A stretch of DNA of 64,000 nucleotides. Origin: Felis catus. Taxonomy: Eukaryota. Positions 25,939 through 39,390 of this stretch are shown here, one piece after another; position 1 is the stretch's first letter; each line of letters begins with the position of its first letter. The stretch is from assembly GCF_018350175.1 (NCBI RefSeq), contig NC_058368.1:181848001-181912000 (forward strand), given 5' to 3'. The position numbers were made by a program, and so were the translations under genes. Under the pieces are notes generated by a model. It saw only the letters and a list, made by a program, of their open reading frames with translations. It was not told the DNA's origin and ran no database searches.

Positions 25939-26421
25939 CAATGACTTACAAAGTGTGCTCTAAGGCCTCCTGGAAATACCCAACGCCCATTCAGGGGTCT
26001 GTGAGATCAAAACTATTTTAACAATGTTATTAAGCCATTATTATCCTTTTTAAATCTCATTCACTCGTAAATTTATAGTAAAGTTTTCTAGAGGCTGCAT
26101 GACAAATGATATCACAATAGACTGAATGCAGAAGTAGATATTAGAATCCAGGTATCTTCTATCCAGCCACATATTAAAAGAATTGCAAAAATGTCAAGCA
26201 ATGACATCCTTTTGCTAATTTTTTCTGGTATAAAAACAGTGATAAAACTGTTATTTATGCCAACATATAATAGTTAATTATTTTTATATATTAATAGCTA
26301 TTTTTAAATGTCTTAATTTTAAACTCTAGTAACACAAATATTGTTAGATAAAACCCAGATACATAAAAGCTCTTAACCATCTTCAAAGAGGTTGTAAGAT
26401 CAAAAAATTTGAGAATCGCTA
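25939..26421 (+). mobile_element. Charlie4a-like hAT DNA transposon
   Basis: CAAAGTGTGCTC..GAGATCAAAACTATTTT..ACTGAATGCAGAAGTAGATATTAGAATCCAG..TTTGAGAATCGCT. Confidence 0.8.
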
Positions 26422-26698
26422 ATATCCAAATTTCCTCCACCCTTCATTGTTCAACTCAAGCATGACCATATGAATTATGTCTTTCCAACTATTCTTGACC
26501 ACTGTACTAGGAGTTACCAAACCTGAATCCACATCGAAAACATCTGGAAAGCTTAATAATATCACTTTTTTGTGCTCCCACCTCTCTAGGAGTAGGATGC
26601 AGATTGTTTTTTTTTTTTTCTTTTTGCTCAGATGATTCTGGTCTATCTAGTCTTGGGCCAGTACCAGGGATACTGCAGGAGATAATATTGATGACTTC

Positions 26699-27090
26699 TA
26701 TTATGGGCTGAATTGTGTCTCTCCAAATTAACCTGCTGAAGTCCTTATCCTCCAGTACCTCAGAATGTGGTGGCTTTCAAGATAGATTTTGACTATATTT
26801 AAAGAAGTAACTGAATTAAAATGGGGTTATTAAAATGAGCCCTAACCCAATATGACTGATGTCCTCATAAAAAGAGCATATTTGGACACAAACACACAAA
26901 TGGAAAAGACCATCTGATGACTCTAGAGAGGGTAAACTTCTGCAATTCAAGGAGAGAAGCTTCAAAAGGATCAACCCTGAGAATACCTTGATCTTGGACT
27001 TCTACCCTCTAAAACTGTAGGAAATAAATTTCTGTTGTTTAAAGCATCAAGTCTGTGGTATTTTGTTATGGCAACCCTAGAAAAGTAACA
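26699..27090 (+). mobile_element. MLT1A/B/C MaLR LTR
   Basis: TTATGGGCTGAATTGTGTC start; AAATAAATTTCTGTTGTTTAA..TTTGTTATGGCAACCCTAG end. Confidence 0.85.
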
Positions 27091-28349
27091 GACCCTCCTT
27101 CTCTGAAATCCTACTCTTTGAGTCTCTATTTCCTGCATAATGGTTTCTGCAAACTTTATCTTGTTATGCATTTTTCTCATTTTCTCCACTATAGGATAAG
27201 CTCCATAAGGATTGAAAGTACATCTGTTTCATCCATCACAGTACTGTTAATTCCTAATATAGTGCTTGGACATGGTAGACACTCAATACGTATTTGGTAA
27301 CTAAATCTATGAATGAATATTAACATTTGCAGATTTATTTACTTAACTACTTTAGTGTTTCTAGTATGTGTGCCTCCTTTATTCAAAGAGATTACAAACT
27401 TCTGGATTGCAGAGACAGTGGCTTATCTTTCTTCTCTATTCCTTCTGTAAACTTTGTAGGTTATGTTTCTAAAGAAAACTGCTAAATGAATGACTATCTG
27501 GTTGGAAAGCTAACTTTAAAGTATTTCCTGGGTGAAGGGTAATAGATAAAATGAATGTTTAATATATTTACTATCACTATTTGTGTATACCTGGTCTGAC
27601 TGAACTTAAAAATAATTTAGATTTATCTGAAAAAGTCTACTGATGACTATTTGGTACCTCACGGATCTGTAGGATCTATTTGCATGTATTAATTTGCCTA
27701 AGAGTTCTTGTTTTTTAGCCTGAATGCTAAGTGAGAAGGTCTGCGCATATGTACACACTCTGGAGAACTTAGGGAACCAGTAAAGAGATAGGAAGGACAT
27801 CTTCATCTTGTGCATATTCTTGAATTGGTTTTAAACACCGGTACTGAGGCTTAAATGGATTAGGAAATGGTTTGGGGAAGAAAGCTCAAGGGACAGTTTT
27901 CATAAGACTTTCTTATAATGAGGTTAGGCTGCCTTAAATCTGATGCATCATATTGGAGACCAAGTTATGATAGAGATGCCAACTGCACTCGAAGAGACTT
28001 ATATTTCCTAGAGGATTGGTGGCTGCAGGAGAAAATCTAGAGACAGTGCCCTTGGCACCTTGGTGACATGCTTGTGATGATGCTGTATCCACTTGGGGTT
28101 TTCCTCAAGGATTTCTATGAATATAGGTCACTCATTAGGAAGTGGTAGAACAAAGAGGAGGAAAGCAGGGGTAGGTATACCTGAATAGGAAGATCCATGA
28201 AGTCATATGAAGAATAACTGCAGAATCCTTTAAATGTCAATGGAAGAGTGGTAACTTTGTGAAAGGTTGAAAAGACTTTGAATTAGCAATGAAGGCAAGG
28301 ACACAGGAAATATGGATTGTTGATCACATTTTATGGACAGTCTCTGGAA

Positions 28350-28433
28350 TTGTGGGGATATTTTGTTCCTTGTGATTTATCTCATGTAATTCTCACATCA
28401 AGCCTACATAAGTAGGTATAATGATCCAGTTTC

Positions 28434-28469
<36 letters not shown>

Positions 28470-28725
28470 TATAGAAACATTCAATTGCTTAAGAAGTGGC
28501 TTTATAATAAAAAGTTAGTGGCTTGACATGGGGTTAAATGTGAGTACCAGATTCAGTTCCAGCTTTGCTACTTATTAGCTGAGCTACTTGTATACTCTGT
28601 GCTTTATTTCTTCATTTACAAATGTGGATGATAACATTAGTAATACTAAAACACATATCACATAGAATTGTTGTGAATATTAAATAAGCTTATATGTGTA
28701 AATCCCTCAAACAGCTCCTGGCAAA
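28350..28725. mobile_element. Two adjacent MIR fragments (opposite orientation) with (TG)n at 28435-28468
   Basis: MIR core motifs on both strands. Confidence 0.55.
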
Positions 28726-29667
28726 GTATTTTTTCATTTGTTTTAATCAGTCCACATAACAAGAAAGTGGCATATTTAGGATACAAAATTCTTATCTGTC
28801 TGACCCCAGTCTGTGTTCCTAAGAATTATGATACAGTGTCAGAAACAACTTCAACAAGAATTTCTTCTACCTCTTCTTCCTCCCTTCCTCCTTCTCCTTC
28901 TTTCTATTTGTATATTTCTTTTATATTCACCTACATAGTGCTTGGCAGTAAGGTCAGTGACGGCCGTGAGGTCATTGCTAAGCCATGCTTTGCTGACTAA
29001 TGGAGAGCTTTTCCATTTATTTCATTCATTTATTCACTTCTCAAAAATGTAAGACACTGAGCTACCAAAAGAAATAAGTTGCAATCATTATTTTGGAACA
29101 CTGTTAGTCTTCAGAAAACTCTTTTTAACATACACATAAAAACAGCAGGGGCCCCTCCCTTGCCTTCTATATATTCTTTATACCTAATGGGACGAAACAC
29201 CTGACAAGACGATTTTCAGGTAATCTCTAGCTTCAATGCAATAAATGTGTAGGTACTGAACTTGAAAGCTTGTGACATTTGACAGAATATCAATGAAATA
29301 GTTATGCACAGCTACGGTTCAGACTGACTATGTAAAATTACATCACAGAAGATGAATGGCAGCATTTCAACAGCTATGAAATGATAACCTTGTTGCCTAT
29401 GTTTAAGTTTGCAAGACAGAGAAAAGTAGAAAATGCCTCTTGGAACCACTTAGAAATGCAGGCAAGTTGTATTTGCAATTTCATGGATGTGACTTCCAAT
29501 GAAACAGTATTAAAATAAAATAATAAGAGTAAGTAGTAAAGTGATAAAAATAGTAAGAGAATGGAATAAAATATAAGACACAACAGTTTCTCAATTTGTT
29601 AGCTTGCATGATAATCACGTTGTTACTCTTCATTGTCATATAATTCATCACTATAAAGGGTACCCTT

Positions 29668-29780
29668 ATGCTTGGCTGGATCAGTCAGTAGAGCATGCAA
29701 CTCTTGACTTTGAGGTTGTGAGTTCAAGCTCCATATTGGGTGTATAGATTACTTAAAAATAAAAAAAAATATTTTTAAAA
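29668..29780 (+). mobile_element. Short tRNA(Lys)-like carnivore SINE lacking the CT tract
   Basis: TGGCTGGATCAGTCAGTAGAGCATGCAACTCTTGA..GAGTTCAAGCTCCA (A and B boxes), A tail, imperfect TSD AAAGGGTACCC/AAAGGGAACCC. Confidence 0.75.
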
Positions 29781-30837
29781 AAAGGGAACCCCTAAAAATT
29801 GTACAATCTCAAATCTTAAAAGTGGTATAGGAAGAATATAAGCATATGAAGTTGACAGACCACGTTCCTTTAAATATTTTTTAGGTACTCAAAAAATAAA
29901 TAAATAAGAAAATAAATATGAAAATAAGGGGCAAAACAGCCAGTAAATTTTCACCTAATTTTCCAAAGTTAGTAATATCAACACAAACTTCCCAAAATCC
30001 CTAGAATACTTCTTTGGATAAGTATCCTTGACTAATCATTAATCATAAGTCTTTTTACTGCCATAATTGACCACATATAGACCTTAGTTTAGTTCTTCCT
30101 AAACAGTGTCAAACCAAAAAATACATATTTCTGGAAATGTATGCAAGAAAGCCAACTGTCATGACTTGAGAGGGCTCTGCTGTACACTCTGTGAAAAAGG
30201 CAGAGTTCACCATGCATAACTGGCGGGAAGGTCACTCCTAAAGAACATCAACACATAAAGTAATCATTAGGAAGTGAAAAGGTTACTCTGGAGGAAGATT
30301 GTCCTTGAAACTAGGGAAGATGGGCCAATGAATCTCTGCCTTAGACTATGACACTCTTCTTTCTATGTGAAATTGAGCATATTAATCCAAATAGGAATTT
30401 GAGTGTGTGTGCATGTTGTCTACTTTGTGAATCATGTGGAACAATACACTGAGAAGAGGACCATCCATGATCATCTTATTTTAGGAAGTGCCTATAAAGT
30501 TTACTGTAAGCAAATATGAGGAAGAAAAATGTTTTTTTCACCAAGCCATCACAGCTTCGGAAAAAACACAACCCCCTTTTGTTTTTGTTTTGTTTTGTTT
30601 GTTTGAAAAGGTATTTTTAAGCACAACAAAATGATTGTAGGAAAAATTAAAGATTCAAATGTATAATGTGTAATTCACTTTTGTGGGCAAAGGAATATGT
30701 GGGGATGATTACATTTCAGGATTCTTTTTATGACAATAGAGCTGTAATGAATTCTGGCCTCTACATATAGGAAAAAAGTTCAAGTTACTGGGAATTTAGC
30801 AGAAATCAAATTCTCCTTAAAAAATATGGATACTAAG

Positions 30838-31060
30838 GGGGCAACCAGGTGGCTCAGTTAGTTAAGTGTCCAAGTCTTGATTTAGGCTCAGGTCATGATC
30901 TCAAGGTTTGTGAGATTGAGCCCCACATCAGGCTCTGCGTTGACAACATGGAGCATGCTTGGAATTCTCCCTCTCTTTCTTTCTCTTTCACACACTCTCT
31001 CTCTGCCCCTCCCCCACTTGTGCATGTGCTTTCACTCCCCCAAATAAACAAATAAACATT
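30838..31060 (+). mobile_element. Can-SINE
   Basis: Full SINEC; identical 21-bp flanks TTAAAAAATATGGATACTAAG (30817-30837, 31061-31081). Confidence 0.95.
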
Positions 31061-31799
31061 TTAAAAAATATGGATACTAAGAAAACAAAATTATGCAATT
31101 TCCTTGGTATTAGCCTAGAGACATTCAATGAGTCCCTGACACTAATATCTATTGTAGGGTGTTATGACTGAGTTATCTTTCTCTCTCTTTGGTTAGTGTT
31201 TTGTGGCTGTTTTGAACTTTAGGTCTTTCACTTCATCACTGCCCTGTAAACAGCTTTTGTCATGGCATTGTGAGATATGTTTACCCTCCCTGGGATAACT
31301 ACTCATAAGTATATCTCTCAGATAAAGTACATAGAGGCTTATATTCACTAGTTGCTGCTGGCTTACTCCATCCAGAATTTGTTGACATACATAAAAGATG
31401 GGAGATTAAAGTTTCTGACAGGATCCTCTCCAACACTTGATATCAACCTTCTAACTTTTACAAATCTGGTGGATGTAAAAGACAGTTCATTTTTGTTTTA
31501 ATTTGCAGCTTCTGATAGTTAATGCTTTTGAGAATTTCTCCACAAATTTGAGTAAGATTTCCTCATTTGTGAATTGTTTCTTTATATTCTTTGTTCATTC
31601 TTTGATTGGTTTTATTTTCCTTGTTAGTTCTCAATAATATTTCTGTAGGTACCCAGTTACTAATATAAATATATATGAGCCAAAAGGAATCAAAATTGTT
31701 AAATCAATATTTTTGTTATTGAATAAGAATTCAGAAAGCTAAACCTTTCTCACAGAAGCCATAGAGGGCATAAGGACAGCTAGCTGTATATTTTATACC

Positions 31800-32021
31800 A
31801 TGGAACAAGACTTTTTTTTTTTTCTGTAAAGGTCCAGTAAGGAAATATTTTAAGCTTTGTAGGCTATGATCTCTATCACAACTACTCAACTCTGCTGTTG
31901 TAACATGAAAACAGTCATTCACAATGTACAAAGGAATGGGTATGGTGGTGTTACAATTAATCTTTATTTACATGAATAAGTGGATCAGATTTGCCCATAG
32001 GCTATTGTTTCTAAACACATG
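31800..32021 (-). mobile_element. MER58A-like hAT DNA transposon
   Basis: TTTCTGTAAAGGTCCAG..AAATATTTTAAGCTTTG..ACAACTACTCAACTCTGC. Confidence 0.75.
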
Positions 32022-32813
32022 ATTTAGACAGAATAAGAGTTTTTGTACTTTGTTTTGTTTAATGTGAAGTATATACCTGTGTATATAATTCTATATTCTT
32101 CTTCTTTTTTAGAGTCATGTAGAATATGCTGACTTATACCATCATAACTGAATTATCAGCACTCATTCTGTTTTATTTGGTAGTTTAAAAGGAGTTTATC
32201 TGGCCATATATCTCTTCCCTTTTTTGTCTAATGGTACCCATGTGGTCACATTGCTATGATTAAAACTTAATGTTCCTTTTAATTTCTAATTTTATGTAGT
32301 TTTGCCCCAAAGTCAAAAATTAATATGTTTAAACCAGTACAATAAATATTCACCATTTTAGAGGGTATGACTAATGACTGCAAGCTTAAAGTTTTTACTT
32401 TCCATGATGCAATGACTTGATATTTATTATAGCTCCATTTTTTCAATAATTACTTATTATTACTGAATTATATCAAGCATTATAATGTATTTGTTTAGTA
32501 TTCCTAAGATTAAAATTCTGTATGTGCTTAAAGGACCCAAAGCTTATTAAAAATTTAAATATAAATTGCTAAGAGACACATTTATATATTCTCCTTTTAT
32601 TTGGTGAATAACATGAAATTAGTTTATCAATAATTATTTCTAATACTATATTAGTAGGAATTTCCACTATTCTTATAATTACACATTTTAAGGCATAATG
32701 AATCATTATCAAATTTCCAAATAAAAGAAAGAAATTCATCCACATTTCCCTCTAGACTCCTAATTTTATGTCATTTGTCCATGTCTCTCCTACTAGAGTA
32801 TAAAACCTTGAGG

Positions 32814-35199
32814 ATGGACAGAGTTAAGGTGGTGGAGTAGTATGGGGACCCTCAGCTTGACTCATCCCTGAAATGCAGCTAGATCAGCATCACACCATTT
32901 TGAACACCTAGGAAATTAATGTGAGGAACAATCTGCATAATTTGAGCCAGAGAACTTGGCAGGTAGGTTGTGTGGAGAGGTGATTTGGGGGAGAAAAAAA
33001 AACACAGAGCCATAGAGGGTATGGAACTGTTTTCACAAAGAGAAAAGGAGAAAGGGGTAGAGTGCAGCTCATCAGGATCACACAAGAAAAGCTCTCCCCC
33101 TGAAAGTGGCTGGAGAGAAAGAGAGAGAAGGAGTGAAAACGCTCACTGGACAAGAAATCTGTTCCCCAAAACCATTGACAGGGAGAAAGGAGGGGGTTTT
33201 AATAGTGCCAGAATTCTAGAAACAGGAGTACAGCAGAGTTTGAAGTTTTGATGCCCAGTGCATGGTGGTGCTCTGGTAAGAAAGTAAGGGTGAGTCCCCA
33301 GGAGCAGCAGGCAGTGAGGTCTGAGGGTCCATGTGCCACACAGGGAGAAGTGGTTTTCCTGCTTGGAGTGCATTTGGTAGAAGCCATATGGGGTCCCCAC
33401 AGACAAAAGTCCTGGTGGACCCCAGAGAGCAGCCACAATTACTGATATTGAAACAAAAATGCCAGAGTGTGGTGAAACCTGCTTCTGGCTATGTGTTTTG
33501 ATTTACCATAAACTCTGAGCCTCTATTGCTATGCAATTGTGGGAACATTTTCTGAGAGAAGCTGGCACCCAGCCATTGCTTGGTAAGACCCCTCTCAGAG
33601 AGTTGGCCATGGTCTGTGTCCCAGAGGTCTCTGATGGGTGGGGTTTTGAAAACACAGCCCCGTATGAGATAAAACTCTGAGGGAGGTGCTACCTGGCAGG
33701 CACACAGCTTGGACACAGACAGGGTAAAGGCAGGGAGCAGATAGAAGACTGACACAAAGGACAGGCTCTTGACTGCATGTCTGTGAAGGGATAAAATTCC
33801 CGAACCAGTGACTAGAGAGCCAGGTGAAGATATTTTCACCTCTAGCATGCCTGCACATGCATGCACACACGGATTGAGCCTGGTGAGCTAAACAGTGCCA
33901 CCAAGTGGAGAATTCAGCCATTACACCAAGCCCCGCCCACCTGAGCCCTCCAGGGACACCCTCCAGAAGACCAGCACAAATCCCTTCCACCTGCTTAGTC
34001 TAGAAACCATAGTGTGCTGCTAAGTTTTTTTCTAAGGGAAACTGGGTATAACTTCATTCAAGGTTTCATTCTGTTTGGTTATTCATTTGTTCATTTTCCT
34101 TGCTTCTGTTCTTGCTTATGTTGTTTTCTTTTTTCTTTCTTAAAACTTCAAAATTTTAATTTTAATTTTTTTAACTTTTTTTCCTTTCTCTATTTTCTCT
34201 TATCTATCAAACTTCTCTCAACAAGCAGACTGAAACACAGCTAGGATCTAGCTTCCTTTATTTGATCTTGTTTTATTTTTAACTTTATTTTATTAATTTT
34301 TTTCTTCTTTCAAAAGGACAAGATGGAGGAATTTGCCCCAAAATTAACAACAAGGAGAAATGATGGCCAGGGATTTAATCAACACAGATATAACTAAGAT
34401 GTATAAACTAGAATTTAAAACACGATTATAGGAATACTACCAGGGGTTGAAAAAAATAAAAACATAGAAGACACCAGAGAATCCTTATCTGCAGAGATAA
34501 GAGTGAAAATCTAGTCCAGCTGAAATTAAAAATTCTATAACCAACATGAAAGCTCGAATGGATACCATGATAGCAAGCATGGATGAAGCATAGCATTGAA
34601 TCAGTGATATAGAAAATAATTATGGAAAATAATGAAATATTAGGGAAAAAAAGAGAGAGAGAGAGCGAAACCAAGGCAAAAGAACATGATACAAGACTTA
34701 TAGAACTCAGTGACTTATTAAAGAAGAATACCAATCCTATCATAGGAATCCAGAATAGGAAGAGAGAGAAAAAAGGACAGAAGGTTTATGTGAGCAAATT
34801 GTAGCTGAAAACTTTCCTAATCTGGGGAAAGACAAAGAAATCAAAATCCAAGAAGCACGGAGAACTCCCATTTGATTCAACAAACAAAAGACCATCACCA
34901 AGGCATATCATAGTCAAATTCACAAAATACACTGAGAAGGAATCACTTTTGCACTATTGATGGAAATGCAAACTGGTATAGCCACTCTGGAAAACAGTAT
35001 GAAGGTTCCCAAAAAAATTAGAAATAGAAGTACCCTATGACCTAGCAATTGCACTACTAGCCATTTATGCAAAGTATGCAAAAAGGTTGATTTCTTGAAG
35101 GGGCACATGCATCCCAATGTTTACAGGAACACTGTCAACAATAGCCAATAGTTATAAAAAAAGTCCAAATGTCCCTTGACTGATGAACGGATAAAGAAA

Positions 35200-35248
<49 letters not shown>

Positions 35249-35940
35249 GGAATATTACTCAGTGATCAAAAAGAATGAAATCTTGCCACCTGCAAAAGTG
35301 TGGATGGAACTAGAGTGTATTATGCTAAGCAAAATAAGTCAGTCAGAGAAAGACAAGTGTCATACGATTTCACTCACATGTGAAATTTAAGAAGCAAAAC
35401 AAACATAGGGGAAGGGAAAGAAAAATAAGATAAAATCAGAAAAGGAGGAAAACAATAAGAGACTCTTTTTTTAATTGTTTTAATATTTTTAATTTATTTT
35501 TGAGAGAGAGAGAGAAAGAGAAAGAGCAAGAGTGGGGGAGGAGTGGAGAAGAGGGAGACACAGAATCCAAAGCAGGCTCCAGGCTCTGAGCTGTCAGCAC
35601 AGTGCCCAATGCAGGGCCCAGACCTATGAACTGCAAGATTGTGACCTGAACCAAAGTTGGGAACTTAACTAACTGAGCCACCAGACACCCCAAGAGACTC
35701 TTAAATACAAAGAACAAACTGAGTGTTGCTGGAGGGGTGCTGGGTGGGGGGATGGCCTAAATGGTGATGAGCATTAAGGAGTACACTTGTTATGATGAGC
35801 TTATATGTAAGTGATGGATCACTAAGTTCTACTCCTGAAATCATTATTACACTATATGTTAACTAACTTGGATTTAAATAAAATAAAATAAAATAAAATA
35901 AAATAAAATAAAATAAAATAAAATAAAATAAATAAAATAA
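32814..35940 (+). mobile_element. Internally deleted carnivore L1 (5'UTR + part of ORF1 joined to end of ORF2 + 3'UTR)
   Basis: GC-richer 5'UTR; decayed ORF1 from ~34315 (ARDLINTDITKM..LEFK; IVAENFPNLGK); jump to ORF2 end at ~34935; (AAAAT)n tail; TSD TATAAAACCTTGAGG / TATAAAATCTTGAGG. Confidence 0.85.
35468..35691 (-). mobile_element. Feliform Can-SINE inserted antisense in L1 3'UTR
   Basis: GGCTCCAGGCTCTGAGCTGTCAGC motif; TSD AAGAGACTCTT (35457-35467, 35692-35702). Confidence 0.95.
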
Positions 35941-36100
35941 TATAAAATCTTGAGGCCAGGAGCTTTAATTGAGTAGTAATTAGGAAGTATTCTATAAGAA
36001 TCTGAAATGATTGACTAAAACAAGTAGTAATGCAATTCTGTCTACTCGTGTGTGTCCTCATATACTAGAATTATATAGCTCTATGAACATAAATCAAGAA

Positions 36101-36290
36101 GCAGCATGTCTGGGTGGATCAGTCGGTTAAGCATCTGACTCTTGATTTCGGCTCACGTTATGATCTCAAGGGTGTGAGATCAAGCGCCATGTTGGGCCCT
36201 CAGCTGGGCATAGAGCCTACTTAAGATTCTCTTGCTCTCCCTCTGCCCCTCCCTCACTCTCTCTCTCTCAGAATCAATCAATCAATCAAA
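36101..36290 (+). mobile_element. Can-SINE
   Basis: CTGGGTGGATCAGTCGGTTAAGCATCTGACTCTTG head, CT tract, (AATC)n tail. Confidence 0.9.
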
Positions 36291-37167
36291 CAAGAAGAAA
36301 TACAAAGTCCTGATATAGGCATCTACTCTGATAATGTCCAACTAGGTAAACTGTTGTATCTTTAATTACCATTCAAAATGTATATGTTGAAGAAGAGAGA
36401 CACATGTAACATCTATTTGTCTGCATTTCTCTTTACTTAGAATAGGAATATAATTTTTCTATGTAAATATAAAAAGAAATAAAAGGAGGCTAATACCCTC
36501 ACTCTAGTGAATATTGGCTCTTGTGTTGGCCACACAACAAAAGTGCTAATGGACATGACATCTAGGGCTTCTCCTTTCAAATTTAAGTAATGTTCATTAC
36601 TTAAAGCTAAAATTGGTTCACTCACATCCTAATAACTGTGAATTTGACCAAAATCTATAATACTTTATAAGTTCATACATACTTCATATGTGGCATACTT
36701 CATATGTCTCATAGCATAAGTACTTTCCATGTTAAGCTGAAGTACTTGACATAAAAGACCAATGAGCCTAAAGCTTAGGGAAATAGATGTACTTTACTTA
36801 GAAAGAGAGGGAGGGCATTTCTGTTCTACTTCCTGCTCACAAGATGAAAACGATGTGGAAAACATGCCCTTCAAGGGAATTCATCTTATCTTCTCCACCA
36901 GATAGACGTTTCAGATAGACTAAATTAGGTATTGTCCATTATCATACAGATAATGTTTATGGTATCCCCCAGTTCCTGTATTTCTATGAAAAACAATAAA
37001 ACAACTGGCTGGGATTTTTTTTTAATTGGCTAAACAATGGAGAGTTATGTATAAACAAAATCCTCTAACTAAGCAGTTAATTTTAAAATATCAGTATTGT
37101 ATGGAGTATATCCAGATCTTTAGCTTTATTTTCTGTCCTCTCATAAATGTTCTTTTTCCTCTAAACC

Positions 37168-37464
37168 CAGCGTTGACAAACTTTTTTCCCAAAAATGCCA
37201 GGTAGTAAATATTTTAGGCTTTGCAATTCATAGATCTCTGTCTCAGTTACTCAATTTTGCCATTGTAGCATGAAAACAAAGACAAGAGATACATAAGATA
37301 GCATAGTGGACACTGAAATTCCATGTAATTGCCATGAGTCAAAAATTTTTTTCTTTTAATTTTTTTCCAAACATTTAAAAATGTAAAAATATTCTTAGTT
37401 CATGGGCTATACAAAAAATAGGTAACAAGCCAGATTTGGCCTATGGAATGTTTGCCATCCTCTG
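37168..37464 (-). mobile_element. MER58B-like hAT DNA transposon
   Basis: CAGCGTTGACAAACTTTT..CAGATTTGGCCTATGG..GTTTGCCATCCTCTG. Confidence 0.8.
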
Positions 37465-38919
37465 TTCTAGATTGTACTTTCTGTGTGTTATACCATATGA
37501 TCCTTTTATTTTAGTTAACTGCTGCTGCCAGTCTCCATTCTAATCCTGAAGATAATAAATGCTTTCCCTTCTCTTCTTTCTCTCTCTCGCCTTTTCTGTT
37601 TTTTTCTCTCTCTCCAGTACTTCCTTCCTTCTCTTTCACCCTCCCACCTACTCTCCCTCCCTCTGATTTGTTGGCTACTGTGGCAATACCAACCTACACC
37701 ATGTTCCATTGCCCCATAGTCTATTTCTTTTCCTGACTCTTTCCAAATACTGCAAAAAAAACTATTCATTCACAGTCAGGAAATCAACATTTTGGAGGGA
37801 AAAGTCTAACTTCCAAGCAGTATTTCCAGAATACAAACCTCCAGGGAAAAGTGTGTTCCCTCTATAGTGCTTTCTGCTCCTTTGATTTAAAACATCTCCA
37901 GCCACACATAGGCAATACTTCAAACAGAATCTGCTGGATATCGTACACTTTCATATCTAACCCTGCACAGTCCACTTCATGTAGGTTACACGAGGTTACA
38001 TAGGAGAAGATAGGAAAGCTGATGGAGAATTAAAGATTATGGCAACTTTCACATGACAGGGAATTTTAAAAATCACAACCTCTTCTAAAATTACCAATAC
38101 GGACATTGGGATCTGATTAATTCCACAAACAAAAATTAGTCAGAGAACCATGCAGGAAATATATGCAGCTCAACTCACCAATCTGCAGATGAGGGTCCAC
38201 AGGCACTTCCATTTGTATGAAAGAACTCGTTCTCTTTAAAACCTTAGAATAAAAGTCTCTTTTTCTTTTCCTTCTCTACCTTGACAACTTCTGTGTGGCA
38301 TTGGAAGCATGTGCCTTATTGAGCTGAAATGGCGAGAATTAGCTTAACTATTAGAAGTTGCATAGACTTTATGTTTTTGAAGTTAAAACATGATTTAAAA
38401 ATTAAATCTTTAGATCTTATATTTAAAATATTTTCTCAAATTTCTTACTAATTGACAAACAAGTTGTTTTATCTTCTTGCACTCTCACTTTACCATGTCC
38501 TACTTTTTTTGAATAATATGTTTAACTTCTAAAATATCACACATCAAAGCTACAGTCTTTTTTTTTTCTTCTTTCCTTTATTTCTCTTTTTTTGGGGGTA
38601 GGAGGAGATGGGCAGAAAATCCTCTGTGATTTCTTGTAATTTATTCACAGGCCATTTTAGGATCTTCTGAGTAGCCAGAGTACAGTTCTTTAAACGTTTT
38701 TTACAAAAAGTTCATAGAAAATGACATGCTTTTCATTGTTTGATTTTTATATCCACCTAAATCTCCACATTTCATAAAGTTCACCAGTTTAAAAGTTGTG
38801 CTAACACTGTTTACAAGGGGTTAAATTGATAATAAATGCACCTCATATACATCTGTTATTTGTGTTGTTTATTCACCATTCACTCAAATTCAGGAAATAA
38901 TCTCTCATCATCATTAAGG

Positions 38920-39390
38920 GATCTTCTCATCTAGCACTTTCAGTCTCTGCTAGTTCTGAGGGAACTCCAGGAGTGGAATATGCTATTTAGACCCAAGCCT
39001 ACTAGTGAATTCCATTCCCCTAGTCACAACCATTGGTTTAGGGATGGTCATATGACCAAAATTGTCCAATGAGAGGGAATGTCAAGACATTGGGGGATAT
39101 CATCAGAAAAGAGAATTTCACGTTTCTTCTGTACAAAAACATGCCAAGGATAGCTAATAACCATCTATATAACCATGAGGGAAAAACCTATCTGCAAATG
39201 AAGCCAATAATTCATTGAGGAAGATGGGGCCAAGAGATGAGAAAACAAAAGACACCAGACCTTAACATGATAGCCTGGAGCTCTTGAAGCCAAACATCAG
39301 GTTAGAATTTTCAATTGACTTAGTCAGTAAAATCTGTTTGCCTGTTTGTTTGTCAGTTTAAGTTGGGTTTTTCCTTACTTTCAATAACTA
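38920..39390 (+). mobile_element. MLT1J/K-like MaLR LTR
   Basis: CATTGGTTTAGGGATGGTCATATGACCAAA motif; 3' AGTTTAAGTTGGGTTTTTCCTTACTT. Confidence 0.6.

Noticed and set aside
32879..34244. Dense cluster of overlapping ORFs in GC-richer sequence
   Set aside because: Lies within the L1 5'UTR; higher GC lowers stop frequency.
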